Shown here: piece by piece, positions 30,210 through 38,848 of the stretch | Position numbering within the stretch: position 1 is the stretch's first letter | How the letters are laid out: the number at the start of each line of letters is the position of its first letter | Virus record (IMG/VR): IMGVR_UViG_3300027976_000020 | Location: 15,570-79,569 of that record | Direction: 5' to 3' (one strand) | Source of the DNA: a virus | Length of the DNA: 64,000 nt | The notes under the pieces: generated by a model | Seen by the model: only the letters and a program-made list of their open reading frames with translations | Databases searched by the model: none | What the model was told of the DNA's origin: nothing | Program-made: the position numbers and the translations under genes

Positions 30210-30622
30210 TCGATTACGACTCTGTGTTGGGTGCAATGGCCCAACCCCATTGAAGAACGGTGCAATACCCGGTCCGGACTTGGGTGTCAAAGGACAATGC
30301 TAACTTAAGGCAACAAATGGTTTGGGCTATGTGAAAAAGATACACCCCATGCTTATAGGACTTCGATTTATTATGGGGTCACTAGGGTTCCGTTGATACG
30401 TGAAGCTAGAGTAAGGGGTACCGGTCAACCGCCTCTGTGTAAGCAATTACAATCTCTTGATAATAAAGGCTGCTACACTCAGATAATGCTGTAAAAACCT
30501 TTTCACCGTGCATACGGTGAATTGTGACTGCGTAATCTAGATAATACTAGATACATTGATTGTTCTAACAAATAAAAAAAATTGATGAACGAAGTGAAAT
30601 CAATAGACTTGCTAGCAAGTCT
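30210..30622 (+). ncRNA. Candidate structured non-coding RNA/element
   Basis: About 410 nt with no ORF of 60 aa or more, in an otherwise tightly packed genome; several hairpins (30226-30245, 30438-30451 with GCAA loop, 30502-30521) and long-range complements; strand and identity inferred. Confidence 0.45.
30605..30622. terminator. Perfect 18-bp palindrome at a convergent gene junction (possible terminator or protein-binding site)
   Basis: AGACTTGCTAGCAAGTCT directly abuts the stop codon of the minus-strand nucleosidase. Confidence 0.45.
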
Positions 30623-31159
30623 TTAACGTATAGATAACTCTTTTAATTTGTTTATGTAATGCTTTTCACCTAAGGAAACTGTGTGTTTCCAATCTACATT
30701 TGCATTGCTGTCGGCTAAATCTGAGATATATTTAAAACAAGTAAATTCTATTTTTGAATATTGGCATGCTTTGGCTATAGCATATGCTTCCATGTCAACC
30801 AAGTCTGCGGGTATTTCCAATACAGGATTGGATACAAAATTATCTCCTGTGCTGCACGTGATACCATCAATGCCTATGGCTATATCTGATTCAAATGGCG
30901 TTTGTCCTGCTTTAAGTCCAAACGCTTTACAATCCATGTCTCGCTGAACAAAGCGTGTGCACTGATACAATCCTGTGCCCACAGTGATACCACCTGCTGT
31001 ACCAAAGTTTATAATGTGCTTTGGTTTGTATTGTTCAATAAGACGGGCAGTACACAAGGCCGCATTGACCTTGCCTACTCCTGTAAAAAATACATTATCT
31101 CGGTGTTGTAACTCCAGCGGTGCTTCGTTGCTGATAGCAATCAAGATAATGGTATCCAT
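30623..31159 (-). CDS. mtnN: 5'-methylthioadenosine/S-adenosylhomocysteine nucleosidase (Pfs/MtnN-like)
   Basis: GVGKVNAA, IINFGTAGG, STGDNFV, VDMEAYAIA, KYISD motifs; start ATG 31159 (TAATG overlap). Confidence 0.85.
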   Translation of the reverse strand: MDTIILIAISNEAPLELQHRDNVFFTGVGKVNAALCTARLIEQYKPKHIINFGTAGGITVGTGLYQCTRFVQRDMDCKAFGLKAGQTPFESDIAIGIDGITCSTGDNFVSNPVLEIPADLVDMEAYAIAKACQYSKIEFTCFKYISDLADSNANVDWKHTVSLGEKHYINKLKELSIR

Positions 31160-31497
31160 TAGAACTGATCCGGCCAATCACGGAACAGTGCATGTTGAAT
31201 AGTGTTGCAATCAACAAACTGGTTAAATGATTTGTGTTTCACTTCGAGCTCGCCTTCTAGCGGCGCAACTCGTTTAAATGCACTGTCCATTTGTGCCATG
31301 CCAGTGAACTCCATAAGTATCATCCACTCAGGCATGTCTGCAATGCTGCGGAATCCCAGTTTACAACGAGTAATTCTGTAACTTTCCATTTTGCCTTCAC
31401 CAATTAAATGATCAAAAAAACTTTTCATTCCGTTGACCCATTCAAGGTCTGTAAGGTCGCCTTCTTTGTTTGCCCAAATTGTATATACGTCTGCCAT
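31159..31497 (-). CDS. Hypothetical protein (possible alpha/beta barrel-like)
   Basis: 112-aa ORF tightly coupled within the minus-strand operon. Confidence 0.7.
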   Translation of the reverse strand: MADVYTIWANKEGDLTDLEWVNGMKSFFDHLIGEGKMESYRITRCKLGFRSIADMPEWMILMEFTGMAQMDSAFKRVAPLEGELEVKHKSFNQFVDCNTIQHALFRDWPDQF

Positions 31498-31498
31498 G

Positions 31499-31930
31499 TT
31501 ATAGTGGTCCTAAAATTTCAAAGCCCTGCATGCTTTGTTTGTATAAGTGAGCCTGTTCCAGATACAAGTATTCAAAACCCCGCTCACGATATATTGCACA
31601 CTCAGTTTGTAAACTTTCTATACCAAGCCGTAGCTTGGGTGTTCGATAGTCCCAGGCAAACTGAGCGCACAATGCGTTCTTGCTGTTGTAGCGTTCAATC
31701 AAACTGAACGCTACCAATTCTCCGTTGTTGCGATAACCAACAACATCTGTGTTTGGTGCTGTGTATCTACAATCAAATATAGGCATTACACTGGCAAAAT
31801 GTCGATAGATACAGTAGCGTTTGTATATTTCGTTCAACTGATCTATGTCTGGATCTGTTATGTAATACCAGTCGCATGTCTGCTTGTAATCAGTTTTACT
31901 AAGATCTATTCTGGCAAATTGATAACTCAC
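31499..31930 (-). CDS. GNAT-fold aminoacyl-tRNA-protein transferase-like protein (ATE1/Bpt C-terminal-like)
   Basis: Y..Y..YRHF, G.LVAFS, FAWDY...L.LG..SL..E......GFEYLYL resembles the ATE_C signature; GTG start overlaps the upstream TGA. Confidence 0.6.
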   Translation of the reverse strand: MSYQFARIDLSKTDYKQTCDWYYITDPDIDQLNEIYKRYCIYRHFASVMPIFDCRYTAPNTDVVGYRNNGELVAFSLIERYNSKNALCAQFAWDYRTPKLRLGIESLQTECAIYRERGFEYLYLEQAHLYKQSMQGFEILGPL

Positions 31931-32430
31931 CGAGGATCTTTTCTGTTGTTGAACAGCGCGGTCAAGTACTCTTCTGGCCATGTGTGATAAAATCCTTTGC
32001 TGGCCATTTGTTCTGCACTGTCATCAAGTTTGCTTAAACTTTGCACCAACGACAGTGCATACTTGCCTTGATTCATACATACTCCGTTGACTAACTCTGT
32101 TTCTGCTGGATGATCTTCCAGCACTAATAAATCTTTTGCAACTAAAAATTCTTTATTGGCATCTTCCAATGCTTGATGAAAGCGAGCGTAATGGACTTCT
32201 GTAGGATCGTATGCGTAAATTATAACTTCGTACTTGCCCATGCCCTGTCGACAACAATTCTTTAAATCAAAATAAGGGTTAACTCCCACTAGAATATTGA
32301 CTGTTCCGGTCAACCGTGCCTTGCGAGCAAACGGACACGGCGCCCATCCTCCCAATGCAGGATGCGGAACTTCTACAAAGTTCTCTGACCATGCTAGTAT
32401 GTCTTGTTTTACTGTTTCTAAGTTTAACAT
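31927..32430 (-). CDS. DUF1415-like protein
   Basis: W...FVE......PCPFA and later DHP motif resemble DUF1415 (CPFA / FHP). Confidence 0.5.
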   Translation of the reverse strand: MLNLETVKQDILAWSENFVEVPHPALGGWAPCPFARKARLTGTVNILVGVNPYFDLKNCCRQGMGKYEVIIYAYDPTEVHYARFHQALEDANKEFLVAKDLLVLEDHPAETELVNGVCMNQGKYALSLVQSLSKLDDSAEQMASKGFYHTWPEEYLTALFNNRKDPR

Positions 32431-32431
32431 T

Positions 32432-32644
32432 TCAAAAGAACGGTAGGCCGCTTTTCTTTGTTGTCTCTAAATTGTCTTTGATAATTTGCGAAACTGTAGT
32501 ACGCTCATCCGGGCTAAGGTTCAATGCAGCCTCGTATGACAATCCGCCTCGCATGTACCAAACCATTTTCAACGCCTCTTGTTTGATTTCTCTACTTTCT
32601 TTTTCCATCTGGTCTACCCATTTGGAAATTTCGTCAGAGTCCAA
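32432..32644 (-). CDS. gp51-like tail/hub assembly chaperone segment (probably expressed by -1 frameshift)
   Basis: WYMRGGLSYEAALNLSPDER helix pattern; only a TTG start with no SD; -1 frame is open back to a slippery site. Confidence 0.7.
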   Translation of the reverse strand: MDSDEISKWVDQMEKESREIKQEALKMVWYMRGGLSYEAALNLSPDERTTVSQIIKDNLETTKKSGLPFF

Positions 32645-32646
32645 GA

Positions 32647-33483
32647 CTAAGAGGCGTCCTCGAAAAAACTTGTCATGTCCAATGTGATAGCTTGTTGATA
32701 TTCTTTTTCACACGCAGCGCATTTCAATTTCATTGGCTGAATCTCGCCTTCTGCTTTGACATTGACAATATGATCTCTTATTTTTCCAAACAATCGCCGA
32801 TCACAATTTTTCAACATGTCTTCGATAAATTCAGGTTCACTGACCAATGAATCTGGAGTTTTAACAGCAGAAATACTTTGTGCAATAGCACTTATTGTAA
32901 TTTCGGTAATTTTTGTCAACGCTGCACTCAATGCAGACATGCGTAGGTCGTCGGGCATGTCTGTACTGGGCAACACTTGTAAAATCTTTTGTTCTTCAAA
33001 CTGACGCTGATTGTTGTCGTTTAAATTTTTGTAGGTCATTGGTTTGAAGAAGATTTCAAGATCGCCATCGTGTATTGATTTTGAATAGTCCGGCGGTCGC
33101 ATACGCTCCATGACTGTTCTAAGATCTAGCCCATAGTCTGCTTCGTTTTGGCAATGAGGACAACTTGTTGAAATTTCCATAGTATGCCCGTAACTGGCGA
33201 TGCGAATAGCAACAAGAATAGTATCTACATCCATCGCAGGAATTGCCCATGGATCTTGTATGCTGGGTATACAACTTTTTATAACATTAACAACAGCATT
33301 GCCGTTGAACAATGCATCTGGTGTTCTGTATGTAATTTCGTCAATTGCAGTCATTGGATACACTGGCAACTCGCGGTTTGCTGGAATGTTTATTGCTGTT
33401 TCGGGATAATATTTTCCGTCACTTGGCAACTTGACATAAATTGCTGGTTGCCTAAAATATTGTGTTAACGGGTTGGTTGACAT
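32647..33483 (-). CDS. Baseplate hub/tail assembly chaperone (T4 gp26-like)
   Basis: LPS.G..Y, VYPMTAIDEI, D.DTILVAIRIASYG, CPHC and C-terminal CAAC. Confidence 0.8.
   Translation of the reverse strand: MSTNPLTQYFRQPAIYVKLPSDGKYYPETAINIPANRELPVYPMTAIDEITYRTPDALFNGNAVVNVIKSCIPSIQDPWAIPAMDVDTILVAIRIASYGHTMEISTSCPHCQNEADYGLDLRTVMERMRPPDYSKSIHDGDLEIFFKPMTYKNLNDNNQRQFEEQKILQVLPSTDMPDDLRMSALSAALTKITEITISAIAQSISAVKTPDSLVSEPEFIEDMLKNCDRRLFGKIRDHIVNVKAEGEIQPMKLKCAACEKEYQQAITLDMTSFFEDAS
32662..32668 (-). other. Predicted -1 ribosomal frameshift heptamer T-TTT-TTC
   Basis: In-frame agT TTT TTC shortly before the gp26-like TAG; the -1 frame reads FFRGRLLVLDSDEISKW into the downstream ORF. Confidence 0.7.
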
Positions 33484-33495
33484 GCGATTTTCCTA

Positions 33496-33511
33496 TATAA
33501 ATATAGTTATG
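33496..33511. promoter_or_regulatory. Adjacent opposed late promoters: TATAAATA (+) and CATAACTA variant (-)
   Basis: Exact T4 late consensus at 33496-33503 upstream of the tape-measure-like gene; variant at 33504-33511 upstream of the gp26-like gene. Confidence 0.6.
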
Positions 33512-33539
33512 GTAAAATCTAACCCAGGCCAATAAAATT

Positions 33540-35939
33540 ATGACACCCGAAGAACAAGAACAGCAAGAAACTCTTATCAAGTTAAACAACGCGCAAAGGC
33601 AAGCCGTTTACGAAACAGAACAGTTTGGTAAAGTTACTGATGAAACTGCTGCCAAGTTGTCTCAGTTACAATCTAGTTTAACCAACAATTTCAAAGCCTT
33701 GGGCAACAGTGGCATCAGCTTGGCCAAGCAATTAAACAACGGTGCTATTGGCGCTTCTGTGTTCAACGATTCAATTGGATCACTAACTGATGTTATAGGA
33801 GACTTGGTTGGACTGCTTCCGTATGTTGGTACTGCACTTAAAACTATAGTCAAAGGTGCAAGCGAATACACACAAGCAGTAAACAAACAAACAGATGCAT
33901 TGTTTGAAAGTTATGAACAAATGTCCAAGATCGGTGCTGCTGGCGCAGGCGGCATGCAATCTGTTTACGATAACCTAAAAAAACTCAACCTTGGTGTCAA
34001 TGAGCTGGACAAGTTTGTGGCCATTGTTGGCGAAAATTCTGACACGTTATATAAATTTGGGCAAACAGTAGGCGGCGGACTTACTGAGTTTGCCAATGTT
34101 GCAAACTCGATACAGCAGAGTGATGTAGGCCGTCGGTTCATGGAAATGGGTATCAGTGTTGATGAAATCAACAACGGTATTGCCAGCTATATGAGAATGC
34201 AAACAATTGGCGGAGTACGACAACAAATGTCTACTGATCAATTAATCAATGCTTCAAAAGACTATATCAGAGAAATTGATTTACTATCCAAAGTCACTGG
34301 ACAAACTAGAAAACAACAAGAAGAGGCCATGGAAAGTGCAATGGCCGAAGAACGTTTTGCTGCGTTTAGAACAGAACTACAACTTCGTGCCAATATGGGT
34401 GACGAAGCTGCCAAAGCTCAACTGAAAGAAGTTGATACTTTAACCAAGAGTTTGGCCAAAGAAGCACCAAAGTTAAGAGTAGGAGTGTTGAATCTTTTGT
34501 CTGGTACATTGGACAATCCAGAAGCACAAAAAATAGCAAGAGGAATGCCAACTGCTACTGCGGCATTGCAAAAAGGAGCATTCAAAGCCAACGACATACT
34601 CAATGCAATGCAAAAAGATACAAGCAGAACCATTGGCAAGTCCGGCGAAGGATTTGGTGTAGCTCTTGGTAAATTGGGAATATTTGGCGAAACATTTGGT
34701 GACTTCAACGAAACAGTAAAACTAGCAAACATGAATGTGTATGGCACGCTGGAAGAAAGAATGGCAGCAGCCAAAGTTGAGCAACAGGTAACAGATCAAA
34801 ATACCAAAGATGCCAACCAAACTCGTGTCAATAACCGTACAGCACGTCAGAGTCTCAATGATTTGATCAATGCCGGTATAGGACCAGTTACAACTGCAAT
34901 GAAAGGTCTGTCAACTGCAACAGAAACCACAATTACTGCATTTGAAAAAATGGCCAACACAATGGGCATTGAAACTAGGAAACGCGAGTTGGCACCAGCA
35001 GCATCTCCACGTCCCGCAGGTCGTGCAGTACCTGCAGTTACAAGACCATCAGTAACACCACGCCCGCCGGGCGGAACGTCTACTCAGACAAGTGGGTCTG
35101 GCACCTTGTTGCAACAAAAAATTATACAAGCCGAAAGTGGCGGCAGAAATATACCAAATCAAAGCGGCCCTGGTGGTAAAGCAACAAGTTCTGCATACGG
35201 AGTTGCTCAAATAACCAAAGGCACATTTGAAGATTTGGTAAAGAACGCACAACCAAGCAGCCCGTTGTATGGTAAAACTCATGATGATATGAAAGCTGAT
35301 GTAGGCTTACAATACGAAGCGTTGAGTGCGTTAACAGACAAAAATAAATCTATCTTGGCAAAAGCAGGTGTTAGTACAACTGACGCTGCAATGTATTTGG
35401 CACACTTCTTAGGTCCATACGGCGCAGTAAAAGCGCTGAAAGTAGGTGATTCATCAATGCTAAACTCTGCTGTGAATCAAAAGCAGATTGATGCAAACCC
35501 TAATTTGCAAAAAATGTCAACTGTTGGAGATTTGAAAACTTGGGCTGACCAAAAAATGGGTGGCGGTGGTTATAAGTTTGGCGGCATTGATTCAATGCTA
35601 AACTCTGCTGTGAATCAAAAGCAGATTGATGCAAACCCTAATTTGCAAAAAATGTCAACTGTTGGAGATTTGAAAACTTGGGCTGACCAAAAAATGGGTG
35701 GCGGTGGTTATAAGTTTGGCGGCATTGCAACTGGGCCAGACTCCGGGTATGAAACTACATTACATGGCACAGAAGCAGTGGTACCGTTGCCAAATGGCAA
35801 TAGCATACCGGTTGAAATGCAAGGCAACAGCGAACAAATGGGATTGATGTCGGCGCAACTGTCAAGACTAGACGATATTGTGCGTGTGATGCAAAACCAG
35901 CTGGGCGTGTCGCAGAAACTTTTACAGTACGCACAGTAA
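33540..35939 (+). CDS. Tape-measure-like tail protein with C-terminal lytic transglycosylase domain
   Basis: Long helical Ala/Gln-rich N-terminus, Pro-rich linker, AESGG...SSAYGVAQIT..TF...MYLAHFLG SLT motifs, GGIATGP..G...LHGTEAVVPL tail motif. Confidence 0.75.
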   Translation: MTPEEQEQQETLIKLNNAQRQAVYETEQFGKVTDETAAKLSQLQSSLTNNFKALGNSGISLAKQLNNGAIGASVFNDSIGSLTDVIGDLVGLLPYVGTALKTIVKGASEYTQAVNKQTDALFESYEQMSKIGAAGAGGMQSVYDNLKKLNLGVNELDKFVAIVGENSDTLYKFGQTVGGGLTEFANVANSIQQSDVGRRFMEMGISVDEINNGIASYMRMQTIGGVRQQMSTDQLINASKDYIREIDLLSKVTGQTRKQQEEAMESAMAEERFAAFRTELQLRANMGDEAAKAQLKEVDTLTKSLAKEAPKLRVGVLNLLSGTLDNPEAQKIARGMPTATAALQKGAFKANDILNAMQKDTSRTIGKSGEGFGVALGKLGIFGETFGDFNETVKLANMNVYGTLEERMAAAKVEQQVTDQNTKDANQTRVNNRTARQSLNDLINAGIGPVTTAMKGLSTATETTITAFEKMANTMGIETRKRELAPAASPRPAGRAVPAVTRPSVTPRPPGGTSTQTSGSGTLLQQKIIQAESGGRNIPNQSGPGGKATSSAYGVAQITKGTFEDLVKNAQPSSPLYGKTHDDMKADVGLQYEALSALTDKNKSILAKAGVSTTDAAMYLAHFLGPYGAVKALKVGDSSMLNSAVNQKQIDANPNLQKMSTVGDLKTWADQKMGGGGYKFGGIDSMLNSAVNQKQIDANPNLQKMSTVGDLKTWADQKMGGGGYKFGGIATGPDSGYETTLHGTEAVVPLPNGNSIPVEMQGNSEQMGLMSAQLSRLDDIVRVMQNQLGVSQKLLQYAQ
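35454..35727. repeat. Exact ~136-bp in-frame duplication (period 138 bp)
   Basis: Copies at 35454-35589 and 35592-35727; protein repeats SMLNSAVNQKQ...GGGGYKFGGI. Confidence 0.95.
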
Positions 35940-35946
35940 CATACGG

Positions 35947-35952
35947 TAAATA
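35947..35952 (+). promoter_or_regulatory. Putative late promoter for portal
   Basis: GTAAATA 27 nt upstream of ATG 35980; AAAGGA SD follows. Confidence 0.6.
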
Positions 35953-35979
35953 CATGCTGTATGTTAAAGGAATTTCTCA

Positions 35980-37794
35980 ATGGCTGAATCAAACAATGGC
36001 AAAAACGGACGCAATGGAGGGTGGCGCAAGTACTTCAAAATTGCTGACGGTGATGCCAACGGACAACTTAGTCCTATTTCCGGAAACAATGCCAACGGAT
36101 TACCCGGCTACAACAGACAAACAGGCAGCGGCAACACTGGCTCTGCCAACGATTTTGCTTTTAGAAATTATGCAAGCCGCCTACCAGAAGTGTATTCAGG
36201 GCATCCCAACCGTGTTGAGCGATACAATCAATACGAAAGCATGGACATGGATTCAGAAATCAATGCATGTTTAGACATTATTGCTGAGTTCAGTACACAA
36301 AACAACGAAGACAACAACACACCGTTTGACATTGTATTCAAAGATACGCCTACTGATCACGAAGTAGAAATTATCAAAAAACAATTGCAGCAATGGACCA
36401 AGTTGAACAAACTGGACCAACGCATGTTCAAACTGTTCCGCAACACCATCAAGTACGGCGATCAAGTGTTTGTGCGTGATCCAGAAACATTTGAAATGTA
36501 CTGGGTTGACATGGTCAAAGTAAGTCGTGTGATTGTAAATGAAAGTGAGGGCAAGCGTCCCGAACAGTATGTTATTCGCGACATCAATCCCAACTTTGAA
36601 AATTTAAGCATTGCCCCCAAAACCACCAGCGATTACTATGTGAGTCGTGCCACAGGATCTGCAGGACAAAACAGTTATTCAACACCTGGCGGTGGCGGTG
36701 GAGGACAAGGCGGTGCCAGTGGCAGTAGGTTTACACAAGCAATGAACGAAACCACTGTGGATTCCAAACACGTTGTGCATTTGAGTTTGAATGAAGGACT
36801 TGACTTCTTTTGGCCATTTGGACAAAGCATTTTAGAAAACATTTACAAAGTTTATAAACAAAAAGAATTGTTAGAAGACGCAGTGCTTATCTATCGTGTA
36901 AGCCGTGCTCCGGAACGTAGAGTATTCAAAATTGACGTGGGCAATATGCCAAGTCATATGGCTATGGCTTTTGTTGAGCGTGTTAAAAATGAAATGCATC
37001 AGCGTAGAATCCCCACTGTAAACGGAGGTGGCGCCAACATGATGGATGCTGCATACAATCCACTCAGCATTAATGAAGATTACTTTTTCCCCCAAACAGC
37101 AGACGGCCGAGGATCCAGTGTAGACACACTGCCGGGCGGTTCGGGCCTTGGCGAAATTGATGACTTGAAGTATTTCAACAACAAAATGGCCCGCGGCTTG
37201 CGTGTGCCCAGCAGCTACTTGCCTACTGGACCAGACGACTCTGACCGTGCTATGAATGACGGAAAAGTAGGAACAGCATTGATTCAAGAATATCGTTTCA
37301 ACCAGTACTGCGAACGCTTGCAGCGTTTGATCATGCAAAAACTGGATGACGAATTTAAGATGTTTATGAAGTGGCGCGGATTCAACATTGACAACAGTAT
37401 TTTTGATATTGTTCTTGGACCGCCACAGAACTTTGCCAGCTACCGTCAAGCAGAAATGGACACAAGTAGAGTTAGTACGTTTGCTTCATTGGAGCAGTTG
37501 CCTTATATGAGCAAGCGTTTCTTGATGGAACGTTACTTGGGATTGAGTCAAGAAGAGATTGCAGAAAACTCTAAGCTATGGCTTGAAGAACGCGACCAGC
37601 CAGAACTCAGAACCACACAAGGACAAGACTTGCGTAGTATCGGTATTACCCCTGCTGGCATGGAAGGTGATATCGAAACCGGTGATGCATTTTCTGCAAT
37701 GCCACCAGACGGCAGTGCTGACATGGGTGCCGTCCAGGGCGCACCTGCTGGTCCTGGCACTGCGCCAAGTGCTGTTCCTCCGGCAACTGCATAA
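35980..37794 (+). CDS. Portal protein (T4 gp20-like)
   Basis: LLEDAVLIYRVSRAPERRVFKIDVGNMP, EDYFFP, VDTLPGG..LGEIDD..YF...L.VP.S. Confidence 0.96.
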   Translation: MAESNNGKNGRNGGWRKYFKIADGDANGQLSPISGNNANGLPGYNRQTGSGNTGSANDFAFRNYASRLPEVYSGHPNRVERYNQYESMDMDSEINACLDIIAEFSTQNNEDNNTPFDIVFKDTPTDHEVEIIKKQLQQWTKLNKLDQRMFKLFRNTIKYGDQVFVRDPETFEMYWVDMVKVSRVIVNESEGKRPEQYVIRDINPNFENLSIAPKTTSDYYVSRATGSAGQNSYSTPGGGGGGQGGASGSRFTQAMNETTVDSKHVVHLSLNEGLDFFWPFGQSILENIYKVYKQKELLEDAVLIYRVSRAPERRVFKIDVGNMPSHMAMAFVERVKNEMHQRRIPTVNGGGANMMDAAYNPLSINEDYFFPQTADGRGSSVDTLPGGSGLGEIDDLKYFNNKMARGLRVPSSYLPTGPDDSDRAMNDGKVGTALIQEYRFNQYCERLQRLIMQKLDDEFKMFMKWRGFNIDNSIFDIVLGPPQNFASYRQAEMDTSRVSTFASLEQLPYMSKRFLMERYLGLSQEEIAENSKLWLEERDQPELRTTQGQDLRSIGITPAGMEGDIETGDAFSAMPPDGSADMGAVQGAPAGPGTAPSAVPPATA

Positions 37795-37802
37795 ATACTT
37801 TT

Positions 37803-38024
37803 ATGATTTTAAACGAACTGTACGAAAAGCAACCTGAAGGATATCAAGATATTTCTCAGGACAACAGCCAGCCCGAGCAAGGCCAATTGCGTAAAACTCG
37901 TTTGACATTAAAGCAACTATCTAAACTACGACAAATGTCGGACGTAAGACAATACGAATACAGTGAAAAACTGAAGGACATTCGTAAACAATACGCTCCG
38001 CCTGCTCAGCCCCCTGGCCTATAA
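37803..38024 (+). CDS. Small head-region protein (possible prohead core/internal protein)
   Basis: 73 aa between portal and protease; own TAAATA 5 nt upstream. Confidence 0.7.
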   Translation: MILNELYEKQPEGYQDISQDNSQPEQGQLRKTRLTLKQLSKLRQMSDVRQYEYSEKLKDIRKQYAPPAQPPGL

Positions 38025-38122
38025 ATTTACGTCAAAAACACCAGTTTTGGCCGCTAAAAGTACCAAGTTTATTATTTTTATGTAAGTAATAAACATGAGC
38101 CATAACCTACTGGAGGAAAATT

Positions 38123-38842
38123 ATGACATCAAAATTTGAAAAGTTAATTGAACACGTGATTAACGATGAAGAAAATGAAGCACAAGCACTTTTTCATGAA
38201 ATTGTAGTTGAGACATCTCGCGAAATTTATGAAAATTTGATGGACGAAGAAGACTCAGACGAAGAAGAAACAGTTGAAGAAGGTATGATGAACGACGGCG
38301 ATGCTGCTGACGATTTAATCACTGACGTTGAAACTGAAGAAGAAGGTATGAGCGAAGACGAAGAATTTGATGTCGAAATGGATGACGCTGAAGACTTTGG
38401 CGCCGAAGTTGGTGCAGAAGAAGGCGAAGAAGAAGACATCGAAGACCGTGTTGTTGACCTTGAAGACAAACTCGACGAACTAATGGCCGAATTTGAAGCC
38501 ATGATGGGCGGAGAAGAAGAAGCCAACGACGACATGGACATGGACATGGACGACGAAGAAATGATGCCGGAAATGGGCATGATGGAAAACGTTGATCTTA
38601 AAGCTGCTCCAAAGCCAGTTACTACAGAACCAGCTGGAACAAACAGCAGATCTACAGTAGCCGCCAATAGTGGTGCCAAAGGAATGGCAGCTCGTCCAGT
38701 TAGAACAACTGATGGCGCAACTGCTGGTCGTGCTAACCCTGCTGTTAAAGACATGGGCATGACAACTAGTCCCGCCCAAGGCGCTGCACCAAAGCCTGTG
38801 TCAACACAAGCAGCTGGCGTAAACACCAAGTCACCGGTTTAA
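38123..38842 (+). CDS. Highly acidic prohead core/scaffold-like protein
   Basis: GGAGG SD; D/E-rich; occupies the position of T4 gp67/gp68. Confidence 0.7.
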   Translation: MTSKFEKLIEHVINDEENEAQALFHEIVVETSREIYENLMDEEDSDEEETVEEGMMNDGDAADDLITDVETEEEGMSEDEEFDVEMDDAEDFGAEVGAEEGEEEDIEDRVVDLEDKLDELMAEFEAMMGGEEEANDDMDMDMDDEEMMPEMGMMENVDLKAAPKPVTTEPAGTNSRSTVAANSGAKGMAARPVRTTDGATAGRANPAVKDMGMTTSPAQGAAPKPVSTQAAGVNTKSPV

Positions 38843-38848
38843 TAGATT

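Noticed and set aside
30210-30622. tRNA, tmRNA, RNase P or group I intron identity for the non-coding tract
   Set aside because: No T-loop GTTCGA cloverleaf, tmRNA termini, GAGGAAAGTCC motif or recognisable P7 core seen, and no interrupted host gene; kept only as an unknown candidate.
36871-38829. Minus-strand ORFs of 192 and 200 aa opposite the portal and acidic core genes
   Set aside because: Antisense shadows of well-supported plus-strand genes (poly-Ser mirrors Glu/Asp codons).
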